This document shows positions 7,665-16,380 of a DNA stretch of 64,000 bases, piece by piece; position 1 is the first letter of the stretch, and every line of letters starts with the position of its first letter. The notes under the pieces are model-generated. The model was not told the DNA's origin and searched no databases. It saw only the letters and a program-made list of their open reading frames with translations. The translations under genes and the position numbers were made by a program. The stretch is from a virus: positions 35,214 to 99,213 of the IMG/VR virus record IMGVR_UViG_3300032242_002232; one strand, given 5' to 3'.

Positions 7665-8114
7665 ATGGCTAAACTTAATTACAACGTACTTACAGAATCT
7701 AACCTTACTGAGGCCTTTTGGTCTAAAATTGAGAAGACAGACAGCTGCTGGTTTTGGAGAGGTCGTCTTGATGATGGATATGGAAGAGCTCCCCTAGTAA
7801 AAGGAAGCCCCTCTCTCTATGGCGTCCATAGAGCTATGTTTGCTATCTTCAACGAACCCACTAAACCTGGTCTGGTAGTAGATCACATCTGTAGACAACG
7901 CGCCTGTTGCAACCCCGCCCATCTACGCCAAGTCACCATCTCAGAAAATACCAAAGGCCATATACCCAACTCATTCAAAGATATCTGCCCCAATGGCCAT
8001 TTCCTCTCTGGAGATGATGCTGAGGTCTATTACAGCATGCGTAAGCCCCGCCATGGAGATGCTGAGGTCTTGCACCTTGTCTGCTCCATATGTAACTATC
8101 CTCAAGTAGCATAG
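7665..8114 (+). CDS. HNH endonuclease
   Basis: 'FWSKI...CWFWRG...GYG...HR...VVDHICRQRACCNPAHL..VT..EN' and C-terminal CPNGH...CSIC. Confidence 0.9.
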   Translation: MAKLNYNVLTESNLTEAFWSKIEKTDSCWFWRGRLDDGYGRAPLVKGSPSLYGVHRAMFAIFNEPTKPGLVVDHICRQRACCNPAHLRQVTISENTKGHIPNSFKDICPNGHFLSGDDAEVYYSMRKPRHGDAEVLHLVCSICNYPQVA

Positions 8115-8149
8115 ATGTAAGTACCAAAATCCCCGCGAAAGGTGGCTCC

Positions 8150-8311
8150 ATGCCAAATTATGATTACAAGTGCAGCAGCTGTGGGATGACAAGAGAGATC
8201 TACCGAGAATTTGGTGAGGACTCTGTACCGACATGTTGTCAGAGCTCTATGGACCGAGTGTGGTCTGCGACACCTACGATCTTCCGTGGCGGTGGGTGGG
8301 GAGGACAATAA
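8150..8311 (+). CDS. FmdB-family zinc-ribbon protein
   Basis: MPNYDYKCSSCG...TCC...MDRV.....IFRGGGW; GAAAGG RBS; absent from the ORF track (53 aa). Confidence 0.8.
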   Translation: MPNYDYKCSSCGMTREIYREFGEDSVPTCCQSSMDRVWSATPTIFRGGGWGGQ

Positions 8312-8358
8312 AGTCCCCAACGTGCTAGGATACTCTCAACAATAACGAGAGGGTATTT

Positions 8359-8925
8359 GTGACTACACTTGCCGCCATTCAAGGCGATGGCTGGGCTGTA
8401 ATTGGTTGCGATTCCCGCGCATCTGATGAGGATGGTCGTTATATGAATCTTGCAACATCAAAGATCATTGATAACTCCGGAGTATTGATTGCTGTCTCTG
8501 GCGCATCCCGTGGTGGAAACATTGCACAGTTTGGTTGGAAACCACCAAAACCTCGTGTCACTGAAGATTTAGATCTTTTCATGACAAAAAAGTTTATTCC
8601 CTCCCTTCGTGAAGCTTTTATTAAATCTGGCTTTGAAGGTAAGGAAGATGGAGATGCCGCCTGGCACGACTCCAATCTTCTAGTATGTGTGCGCGGCGTC
8701 ATCTACCCAATCTTTAATGATTATTCTTGGGACCGTGAAGCCCGCAATGTATACTATGCCGGATCTGGTGGAGACATCGCTCTCGGCGCTTTAGAAGTTC
8801 TTGACTACCAAAAGATTAAATCACCTGCGGCCGCCGAAAAAGCTTTGCGACGTTCCATTGAAGCAGCCATCAAACACGACATCTACTCTGGTGGAGAGAT
8901 TCACACTTACGTCCAAGAGGCGTAA
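8359..8925 (+). CDS. Proteasome beta-subunit/HslV-like Ntn hydrolase
   Basis: N-terminal (M)TTLAA...GCDSR, conserved Lys (SKI), AGSGG.IALGAL, A..HD.YSGG. Confidence 0.85.
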   Translation: MTTLAAIQGDGWAVIGCDSRASDEDGRYMNLATSKIIDNSGVLIAVSGASRGGNIAQFGWKPPKPRVTEDLDLFMTKKFIPSLREAFIKSGFEGKEDGDAAWHDSNLLVCVRGVIYPIFNDYSWDREARNVYYAGSGGDIALGALEVLDYQKIKSPAAAEKALRRSIEAAIKHDIYSGGEIHTYVQEA

Positions 8926-8983
8926 TCACAAAAGTCCCCGCGTTTCGACTAATATATTAAAGATAAACCTGAGACTATTAGCC

Positions 8984-9253
8984 ATGGCATTAGAAAAAGA
9001 TCAACTCAAACACGACAAAAAAAGAAAACATCTTATAGTCGGAGGGGTTGTTGTTCCCACATTTAGTTTTTGGGGTGGTGGCTACTACAATCAAAATGGG
9101 CTGACTATGGCTACACAGGGCGAAGAAGCCCACGAATCCGCTCAAACAGAAGCTTCAGAAAACGAGTCAGGAGAGACCAGTGCTACAACATCAGGATCAG
9201 CCGCTGCTGGAGGAGACGCCTCAGCCGGTGGAGGAGCTGGGAGCGCGATGTGA
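8984..9253 (+). CDS. Hypothetical protein with low-complexity acidic/Gly tail
   Basis: ORF from MALEKDQ; start uncertain. Confidence 0.55.
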   Translation: MALEKDQLKHDKKRKHLIVGGVVVPTFSFWGGGYYNQNGLTMATQGEEAHESAQTEASENESGETSATTSGSAAAGGDASAGGGAGSAM

Positions 9254-9395
9254 CCGGTGCTCTGCTAGAGCGCTAGTCCTATGCACCCTTCCTGCGGGAA
9301 ATCTATACTTCTGCATGCATCATTACAATGATTTCTCCCTTGTCCTTACAAAACAGGGCGCGGTTGCTAAACTTCTTACTTCTGATAACAGTTAG
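9180..9395 (+). CDS. Small actinobacterial-type Zn-binding protein
   Basis: RCDRCSARA...G.L.FC.HH motif; GGAG RBS before GTG. Confidence 0.65.
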   Translation: MLQHQDQPLLEETPQPVEELGARCDRCSARALVLCTLPAGNLYFCMHHYNDFSLVLTKQGAVAKLLTSDNS

Positions 9396-9404
9396 GACGT
9401 AGGG

Positions 9405-10031
9405 ATGCCGAATAACAATCCTGGCAACAACCGTTTAGGTTGGTCAGTAAACGCCGGTAACGGATCCGGTAGAGTAATGGGCGGCATTTTTGGCGCAGCA
9501 CTTGGTGCTCTTGGCGACGCTCGTCGTACACAACAGCGTCTCCATGAGTTTGATTACAAAGAAAATGCAAAGCGCGAAACATATATGCAGCGCAAAGCAG
9601 CTGATGCTGCAACTCACTCTATGCGTGTAAACACAAATGAGCAGAGTGTGCTTAAAATAGCGGACATTCATAAAGATAAACAAAATTTTAATTACAACGC
9701 ATCCAACGGAAGCATTAACTATTCACAACCATCTGACTATGCTGATAAGATGCAAAAGATTGCTGAAACAAACCTTGCAGCACAGAAGCTACGTAATCAA
9801 CCAAGGCCTGACGCTAAAGATGCGGAACCGGCTACTGGAACTAAAAAAGCTCGCTCAACTAAAAAAACAGAAGCAGCAGCTAATGCTGGGGATGCTTGGG
9901 CCGCACAGCCTGTTGCTTCTCGTACTACATCTAACATTACGCCTCCTGCAAGCAATGCAGCACCTAGAGTAAGAAAACCTCGCGCACCTCGTGCACCTAA
10001 GAACCCTGGACAATCCGGAGGAATGCAATAA
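9405..10031 (+). CDS. Hypothetical protein (Gly-zipper-like N-terminus, basic C-terminus)
   Basis: 208 aa; TAATG coupling to the next gene. Confidence 0.7.
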   Translation: MPNNNPGNNRLGWSVNAGNGSGRVMGGIFGAALGALGDARRTQQRLHEFDYKENAKRETYMQRKAADAATHSMRVNTNEQSVLKIADIHKDKQNFNYNASNGSINYSQPSDYADKMQKIAETNLAAQKLRNQPRPDAKDAEPATGTKKARSTKKTEAAANAGDAWAAQPVASRTTSNITPPASNAAPRVRKPRAPRAPKNPGQSGGMQ

Positions 10032-11737
10032 TGGCAAATCGTGTAATGAAGCAAAAGGATGAAAAAGGAAAGAAGCAAGCTCGCGATGCTAGTGAGGCAC
10101 GTAAGTATGGTGTTAAAGATACAGCTTCTTATCGTAAAGAGATGCTTCATACCACTGAGCGTCCTAAGAAAAAAGACCGCGAAGCTCAAGACATTGAAGA
10201 CTCGCAAAGCCGTGCTAAAGCCGTAGACTCTGTTGCCTCAAATAAAGCTAAGCTAAAGCCATTAGAAATTAAAGAAAGTGATCGTGAGCTTTCAAATAGT
10301 GCTGGGCATCAAGATGTAAAACCTGTTGTTAAAAAAACCGCTACTCGTATGCTTTCTGAGCGTGCTCTTGGAATGGGTATGGCACGTGTAGGTAAGAGTG
10401 GCGAAATTCAACCATTAGTTGGTAGAGAAGCACAAGTAGTTAAAAATGATCTTGCTGTAAATGATAAGCAGCTAACAAAAGAAGCTAATAAGCGTGCCGC
10501 AGCTCGTGATGAAAAAGTCTCTAAAGTAGACAGAACCCCAGAGCAAAAACAAGCTCGTTTAAATATGTTAGCGGGATCCGCAGAAAAGAAAAAAGCAGCA
10601 GCAGCAGCTAAACCTGTAGGTAGCCTTCCAGAGGCGCAAACAGATCGCCCATCAACCAGGCCACTTACAGTTAAACAAGTTAACGGCAAAAGAATTGTTA
10701 CCGGTGGAGCGCAAATAATTCCTGGTGAAGGTAATGCGGGTATTCTTAATCCTGGAAATGTGGCCCGTACCGCTGGTACTGTATCCCAGGGTAAACGTCG
10801 ACGCATTGAGCGTAAAGCTGCATATAACGCAAAAAAATCTGGAGCTACTAAGGGTTACACCGAGGCATCTAAGTTTGGTTCTAGAACTTCTGAAGCAATC
10901 AATGCAAAAAATGAAGCAACTAGCATTAAGCTTGATACAAGTGCACGTACTCGTGCCGCAAGAAAAGATGCTAACAAAGAAGCACTTAAAAACAGCATTC
11001 TTAAAAAAGCAGAGAAAATGCCAGAAGGCGCAGCAAAATCTGCAGCAATTCGTTCTGGTGAATCTATTATTCAACCACCAAAGGTTAACGGTAAGCGTGG
11101 GGGCATGACTGAGGTCAGCTCACGTCCTGATGAAAGAGATATTACAAAGGTTAATACTCGTCCTCGTCCAGTAGGTCAGGGCAGATTAACTGATGTAGTT
11201 GATTCAATGGGTGAAAAGCGTGATGCTCACGGTAAGTCTACGGGAGAAAAAGAACGCCTAAAGATGAGCCAACAAGGCGAAGTTAGCGTTCAACCAGCTA
11301 AAGCTAAAGCAACTCCTCTTGGCGTACTTGCAAGCCATGAAGATCGACTACACAGAATTACAAAAGACTTTCAAGTGCCTGCTGGAAATAAAAGCCACGA
11401 TATCGAGCCTGTACATCTTCGCAGCTATTTAAAGTCTAAAGCGGAATCTTCTGGAGTTCGTTATAACGAACAAGATATGGTTGGTGCTGTATTTCACGCT
11501 AAACATAATAGTCCTGAAAAATATGCGTCTATCCATAAAGAAGCTCTTGCTCATAGAACTAAACGTATTGGTCAGATGACAGAGCAGCGCGAAACTGCTG
11601 CTGCAAAGGCTAAGCAGACACGTGCTATGACAGCGGCTGATCGTGGAGGTAAGCGTCAAGCCTCTAAGGCAAAGCGCGTTGTATCTAACGTTCAAAACCG
11701 CTTTACAGAGGTGCCTAATGGCGGCAAGGAAGCGTAA
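10031..11737 (+). CDS. Large Lys/Arg/Ala-rich, probably disordered protein
   Basis: 568 aa, strongly basic, few aromatics. Confidence 0.75.
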   Translation: MANRVMKQKDEKGKKQARDASEARKYGVKDTASYRKEMLHTTERPKKKDREAQDIEDSQSRAKAVDSVASNKAKLKPLEIKESDRELSNSAGHQDVKPVVKKTATRMLSERALGMGMARVGKSGEIQPLVGREAQVVKNDLAVNDKQLTKEANKRAAARDEKVSKVDRTPEQKQARLNMLAGSAEKKKAAAAAKPVGSLPEAQTDRPSTRPLTVKQVNGKRIVTGGAQIIPGEGNAGILNPGNVARTAGTVSQGKRRRIERKAAYNAKKSGATKGYTEASKFGSRTSEAINAKNEATSIKLDTSARTRAARKDANKEALKNSILKKAEKMPEGAAKSAAIRSGESIIQPPKVNGKRGGMTEVSSRPDERDITKVNTRPRPVGQGRLTDVVDSMGEKRDAHGKSTGEKERLKMSQQGEVSVQPAKAKATPLGVLASHEDRLHRITKDFQVPAGNKSHDIEPVHLRSYLKSKAESSGVRYNEQDMVGAVFHAKHNSPEKYASIHKEALAHRTKRIGQMTEQRETAAAKAKQTRAMTAADRGGKRQASKAKRVVSNVQNRFTEVPNGGKEA

Positions 11738-12005
11738 CCAGCGCCCTGCAGCTGGTGAGCTAGCCAAGAAAACAACAAACCTTGGTGATGTTAAATGGCA
11801 TAAGGACGAGCAAAAGCATAGCTGGACCTGCGATAACTGTGGGGAAACCATAAAAGCTGACCCATCTATGCACAATAGCCGCCTTAATCTAAGTCAGTTT
11901 GCAAAAGAAAATCACACAAACGTTATCTGGGGCAAAGCAATGGACCATGTTCGTAGAAACTGTGGGCCAGAGCCACGTCCCGCACCTAGAAAAGATCTTG
12001 ACTAA
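11718..12005 (+). CDS. Hypothetical protein with CxxC...H...C
   Basis: GAGG RBS; WTCDNCGE...HVRRNC. Confidence 0.6.
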   Translation: MAARKRNQRPAAGELAKKTTNLGDVKWHKDEQKHSWTCDNCGETIKADPSMHNSRLNLSQFAKENHTNVIWGKAMDHVRRNCGPEPRPAPRKDLD

Positions 12006-12307
12006 TGGCAACTAAAAAGAAAGCCGTTGCTGGTGGGAAAGTCTACAAAGGGTCTGCTCAAAATGGTGGTCGTGAGATTGTTGTCAAACACTATAAAAAA
12101 GACGGTAAGTGGCATACCACCTCTACCAATGCTGCTCGTGAGCAGTATGAAAAAGAACACGGCAAAATTAAGTCTAAAAATAAGACTGTAGACCATAAGA
12201 ATAACAAGCACAGCGATAATAAGAGTAGTAACCTACAGATATTGGATAAAGGCGCTAATACCGCCAAAGAGAACAAACGACGAGCTGGTAAGAAGGGTAC
12301 GAAGTGA
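12005..12307 (+). CDS. Basic HNH-like protein
   Basis: VDHKNNKHSDN...NLQIL...N. Confidence 0.65.
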   Translation: MATKKKAVAGGKVYKGSAQNGGREIVVKHYKKDGKWHTTSTNAAREQYEKEHGKIKSKNKTVDHKNNKHSDNKSSNLQILDKGANTAKENKRRAGKKGTK

Positions 12308-12456
12308 ATACTAATCCTTCCTCTAATGTGCGTAAGCGCGATGATGATATTCCAGAAAATGGGGATTGGGCAGCTCTAGAAGCTCAGGCTCGTAAAGATA
12401 TGAAGGCAAGTAAAGATTCTATTGAAAGACGTAGAACAACTGATGAGGAATACTAA
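12304..12456 (+). CDS. Small hypothetical protein (50 aa)
   Basis: GTGA and TAATG overlaps with both neighbours. Confidence 0.5.
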   Translation: MNTNPSSNVRKRDDDIPENGDWAALEAQARKDMKASKDSIERRRTTDEEY

Positions 12457-12623
12457 TGGCTAAGAAAAAAGAAGTTTGGGATACTCCGGATCCAAAGAAA
12501 AAAAGCAAACCTTTATCTTCAAAGAAGAAATCTGCAGCTAAAGCACGCGCTAAAGCAGCGGGCCGCCCTTACCCTAATCTTATTGACAACATGGCGGCTG
12601 CTAAAAAGAAGAAGGCCAAGTAA
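12456..12623 (+). CDS. Small basic phage protein
   Basis: MAKKKEVWD...AKARAKAAGRPYPNLIDNM; TAATG coupling on both sides. Confidence 0.7.
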   Translation: MAKKKEVWDTPDPKKKSKPLSSKKKSAAKARAKAAGRPYPNLIDNMAAAKKKKAK

Positions 12624-12886
12624 TGCCTAAAACTGCTGCTTGGACTCGCAAAGAAGGCAAGAACCCTAATGGTGGGTTAAATGCTAAAGGACGCGCATCA
12701 GCTAAAGCTGAAGGCCATAATTTAAAACCCCCTGTAAAAAAAGCTGAGGCTGCTAAGTCAAAGAAGTCTGCTGCTCGTCGTAAGTCTTATTGTGCCAGAT
12801 CTGCCGGCCAAGCTAAGATGTTTCCAAAGGCCGCTAAAGACCCAAATAGCCGCTTAAATAAAGCAAGACGTGCTTGGGATTGCTAG
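12623..12886 (+). CDS. Small basic phage protein (DUF6321-like)
   Basis: AWTRKEGKNP.GGLN.KGRAS...RRKSYCAR...KDPNSRLNKARRAWDC. Confidence 0.75.
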   Translation: MPKTAAWTRKEGKNPNGGLNAKGRASAKAEGHNLKPPVKKAEAAKSKKSAARRKSYCARSAGQAKMFPKAAKDPNSRLNKARRAWDC

Positions 12887-12952
12887 ATAAACTTATCTGG
12901 TCCCTACGCGCATGGGATTGTTAAACCCCCCTCTATATAGAAAAGGTAAATA

Positions 12953-13900
12953 ATGGCCACAAATAACCTAGGTAACTTGCTTGATTCATCAGGCAACGTA
13001 GCCGTAGATTTCGTATGGGGTAACTTTGCCCCTCAGCCTAACGACGAACGCACAGATGGAACTGCTGTTGAGAAGGTTGCAAACAATGCAGCTCAGAACA
13101 AGAGCTGGTCTGGCTACTCTGTAAAGCCAAGTGCACGTCTAGATTTCACGCTCGACAGCCACGCTATTCAAGAAGCGGGTTGGTCAAACTACCCTTCATT
13201 CATTGCTGCTACAGGAAAGTTCAACATTACCCAGGTTTCTGGCGATGGAACAACCGTTCGCTTTGAGTCATACAACACCCTAGCAGATGGGGATGTCGTT
13301 ACTATCACAGGATGCGACACATTCAACCTCTCATCAGCTACAGTTGCTAAGGCTACACGTGATTACTTCACAGTAACCAATTCAACAACAGGTTCCCTTA
13401 TCAACATCAACAACGGTATCGTACAGCTTTCAAATGCTCTTTCAGCAGCTGACGGCGCATTTGTATCCGGAACTGCCTATGTTCGTGTTCCAAATGTTGT
13501 TGGCCTTACAACAACAGCGGCTCAAGATGCCCTTGCTGACGCAGAACTCACAGTTACAACAGCTTCTGGCGTAACTCCAGCTATCTCTAACGTAGTCCTT
13601 ACAAGCAACGTAGCAACAATTACTACAGCAGCCGCACACGGATTTGCAGTAGGCGACCTTGTCACAGTTGCGGCCGTTACAGCTACAACAATTAACGCAA
13701 CACTTGCTCCAATCACAGCGGTTACCTCAACAACCTTCTCATATGCTAAGACAGCAACAAACGTTGTTTCAGCAGCAGATACAGGTACAGCAAAGGTTCC
13801 TGCACGTTTCAGCACAATCAAGACTCAGTCTATTGCTGCAGGCGCTGCCTCAACAGCGATTGGTGCTGCAATTACAATCACACCTTACGCAGCCTCATAA
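12953..13900 (+). CDS. Virion structural/decoration protein with PASTA and FCCH-like beta-barrel modules
   Basis: VPNVVGLT..AAQ.AL; TITTAAAHGFAVGD.VTV; Thr/Ala-rich. Confidence 0.7.
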   Translation: MATNNLGNLLDSSGNVAVDFVWGNFAPQPNDERTDGTAVEKVANNAAQNKSWSGYSVKPSARLDFTLDSHAIQEAGWSNYPSFIAATGKFNITQVSGDGTTVRFESYNTLADGDVVTITGCDTFNLSSATVAKATRDYFTVTNSTTGSLININNGIVQLSNALSAADGAFVSGTAYVRVPNVVGLTTTAAQDALADAELTVTTASGVTPAISNVVLTSNVATITTAAAHGFAVGDLVTVAAVTATTINATLAPITAVTSTTFSYAKTATNVVSAADTGTAKVPARFSTIKTQSIAAGAASTAIGAAITITPYAAS

Positions 13901-13913
13901 TCTCAACACAAAC

Positions 13914-13946
13914 AAAAAGCCCCCAGCTAATAACTGGGGGCTTTTT
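13914..13946. terminator. Bidirectional rho-independent terminator
   Basis: AAAAAGCCCCCAG-loop-CTGGGGGCTTTTT between convergent genes. Confidence 0.9.
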
Positions 13947-13956
13947 ACTTTGTTTA

Positions 13957-14496
13957 TTATCCGGGAAATTTAGATAACCAGATTGTCACAGCTGGTTCTG
14001 AAGAAGACCCGTCGTATGCGTTAGGGCCTACGCCCCAAGATCCGAAGTCATCCCCATGGGAGCTCATATAGTATGCGGCTTGAGCATTTGTAACTGGGTC
14101 GAACAGTTCGGCATCTTTAGTGATACCAAACTTTGCTCTTCGTTCTGATCCTAGGCTTCCTCGCATGTTAATTTGAAAAAGCCCATAAGAATCGTCGCCA
14201 GTTGATGCGTTTCCATTATGGGATAGGGGGTGGCCGTGTGATTCTTTCATAACCACAGCCCAGGCCGTTCTTAGAGACTTTCCTGAAAAACCTACTAACT
14301 TAAGTAGATCTATCAGTTGGGTATCTGAGAGGCTTGTTGCTCCCCGATATTGGTCTAAGCCTGTCTTTACTTGTGTAGTTGCGGTTGATCCGTCATTAAC
14401 GGGACCTGCCGGTTCTGCCGCTAAAGCCGATTGACTTAGGGGAAGTAAAACCGTTAAAGCTAATATGCTTACTTTACGTTTTCCATTAAAATTCAC
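13957..14496 (-). CDS. Secreted lysozyme-like lytic transglycosylase
   Basis: Signal peptide ending ALA; AVVMKES (catalytic Glu), DSYGLFQIN, LFDP..NA..A; AGGAG RBS. Confidence 0.85.
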   Translation of the reverse strand: MNFNGKRKVSILALTVLLPLSQSALAAEPAGPVNDGSTATTQVKTGLDQYRGATSLSDTQLIDLLKLVGFSGKSLRTAWAVVMKESHGHPLSHNGNASTGDDSYGLFQINMRGSLGSERRAKFGITKDAELFDPVTNAQAAYYMSSHGDDFGSWGVGPNAYDGSSSEPAVTIWLSKFPG

Positions 14497-14501
14497 ACTA
14501 T

Positions 14502-14636
14502 CTCCTAGGCTAGAGGACCAATCCTGACCATTCTATAACTGTCACTTATAGACTAGCAATTCGGCCTATTTCTACCGAATTCGGTTGCAATCCTTTTCGT
14601 TACATAGATGCGTGATGGCCCAGTTGCCTGGGCCAT
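14502..14636 (-). promoter_or_regulatory. Structured 5' leader of the transglycosylase gene (riboswitch-like)
   Basis: 9-bp stem with GCAA tetraloop, AATTCGG/CCGAATT stem, TCTATAA/TTATAGA stem, GCTAG/CTAGC closing next to the RBS. Confidence 0.55.
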
Positions 14637-14717
14637 GGATAAACCCTAGCAGTAGTTACAGGGGGTCTGCAACCGTTATTAGGGTGTAAACTTATATTTC
14701 TTTGAAAGGATTAATAC

Positions 14718-15080
14718 ATGGCAAACCCTGCTAAGAAACCAGAACCAACGGTTGATCCAGTGATTAGTGTAACAAAATGTGATATGTGCGACAAAGCCGC
14801 GGACTTTAAGGTCAGCAACCCTAGCGCAAGAGATCAAAACGTATGTAAGGCCCATTTGCCTTGGATCTACAATATTAACTTTTTACCTGAAAACGTATCA
14901 GCACTTAACTCAGCTAACCAAATCTATGCATCCGCACTTAAAGAAAAAGCATCACGATCTGAAGGAGGTTATAGAGTAGATGAGAGTGGAGAGAATTCAG
15001 ACCAAGCAAGCACATCCGGTACCGAGCAAGGTGACAGCCCCAAGGGGACCTTTCCCGCCGGAGATACTGGCGGAAACTAG
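14718..15080 (+). CDS. Hypothetical protein with CxxC...CxxH
   Basis: GAAAGGA RBS; KCDMCD...VCKAHLP. Confidence 0.7.
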   Translation: MANPAKKPEPTVDPVISVTKCDMCDKAADFKVSNPSARDQNVCKAHLPWIYNINFLPENVSALNSANQIYASALKEKASRSEGGYRVDESGENSDQASTSGTEQGDSPKGTFPAGDTGGN

Positions 15081-15243
15081 AATAACCCACGACTACGCTC
15101 GTCAAGATGACAGCGGTGGTCAAGACCTTCCTTTAGGAAGCACTGCCCAAAACGATTTTAAACCTACAAGATGGTTTAGCTGCAATGATTGTAAAGTTAT
15201 CGTATCAGAGGCACAACTAGAGACACATACCTGCGGAGACTAA
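14980..15243 (+). CDS. Hypothetical protein with C-terminal Zn finger
   Basis: GGAGG upstream; FSCNDC...HTC. Confidence 0.65.
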   Translation: MRVERIQTKQAHPVPSKVTAPRGPFPPEILAETRITHDYARQDDSGGQDLPLGSTAQNDFKPTRWFSCNDCKVIVSEAQLETHTCGD

Positions 15244-15246
15244 TAA

Positions 15247-15855
15247 ATGGCGGATTCAAGAGCAGATAGGGCGGGAAGATTAGCTCGTCACGCCTTAAAT
15301 CGTTTCTCTGCAAATGATTCTCAACAAGTAGATGCAATACTTAGTCAAGAAGTTCAAAATCAAGTTAGAAAACAAAGGGCCTCATACAATGAAGCCGCTA
15401 CTTTATTTGGAACAACTGAACCCGGGTACACAACAAATGTGATTGATTCTAGGTATGACACCCGACAATACTATGGTGATGGGGCGGATATCATTGAGCC
15501 CGACCTCAATGATTTACATGCACCGGTAGATTTTTCAGGCAAAGATGTGCAGGCACCTACCACTACGGGAAAAATTGATCGTCCAAGAACATTTGCAGCA
15601 GCTTTTGATGAAAATAGGTCTATTTTAACTATCGTATTTAGTACCGGAGTTATATACAACTACTATGATGTTGATAGAGACGAATGGGAAGGGTTTAAGG
15701 GGACAATATCAAAGTGGGAATACATCCGCGATGTTCTTGACCCAAAACCTAGAGGATACGCAAGTACCTCAGATGTGCCACCATTGTTGCAAGCTTATGC
15801 GGCTAGGGCTTACAGAACAAGTCAAATTGCTAAATATCTAAATAAAGGGAAGTAA
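15247..15855 (+). CDS. KTSC-domain protein
   Basis: A.FDE....L.IVF..G..YNYYDV....W..F....SKW.YI. Confidence 0.75.
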   Translation: MADSRADRAGRLARHALNRFSANDSQQVDAILSQEVQNQVRKQRASYNEAATLFGTTEPGYTTNVIDSRYDTRQYYGDGADIIEPDLNDLHAPVDFSGKDVQAPTTTGKIDRPRTFAAAFDENRSILTIVFSTGVIYNYYDVDRDEWEGFKGTISKWEYIRDVLDPKPRGYASTSDVPPLLQAYAARAYRTSQIAKYLNKGK

Positions 15856-16163
15856 TGGCACGGACACACGACATTGGGTATACATATTGGCATACAATAG
15901 TTTACGGATTAAGGCCAAAAGAATTGTTTGAAAGGGCTGAAAGTCAAGAGATTGAGCGACCTTTTCGTAAAGGACGTGGAATAGCTATTAGACTTCCGTT
16001 TACAAGACTAGGTTTAGTAATTGGTAGATGGAAAGATACTCATTTTGATGAAGGTCAAGCCTTAACTTACGCGGTCAATGGTCGCGGGTTAACTACAAAC
16101 GAGGTAGACTGGGACTACATAAGATATGGGGCAAAGAATGAATCTACGGTTCAAGAAGCGTAA
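15855..16163 (+). CDS. Hypothetical protein
   Basis: TAATG coupling; 102 aa. Confidence 0.7.
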   Translation: MARTHDIGYTYWHTIVYGLRPKELFERAESQEIERPFRKGRGIAIRLPFTRLGLVIGRWKDTHFDEGQALTYAVNGRGLTTNEVDWDYIRYGAKNESTVQEA

Positions 16164-16380
16164 ATCAATAAAACGTGAGGTATCTCGTGTCCAAAAACGT
16201 ATTCAACTACTTCCGGACCGAGACATAGTAGCTTGGGCTGAAAGCTCTATTTATGACATTGCCAGAAATTTATCTGCTTGGCAAAAGAAACAAGATCAGT
16301 TTTACTTGAATGAAGCCACCTTGGCTGCCGAGGTCTTATATGAGGCACTTGAGACCGTAAAGAGGAGAACTGATGCGTGA
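16138..16380 (+). CDS. Hypothetical helical protein upstream of terminase
   Basis: Overlaps the terL start; no clear TerS motif. Confidence 0.6.
   Translation: MNLRFKKRKSIKREVSRVQKRIQLLPDRDIVAWAESSIYDIARNLSAWQKKQDQFYLNEATLAAEVLYEALETVKRRTDA

Noticed and set aside
14502-14636. c-di-AMP (ydaO) riboswitch
   Set aside because: Gene context fits, but the GCUGAAUCC/GGGGAACC/GUCAGCUAA-type consensus is absent
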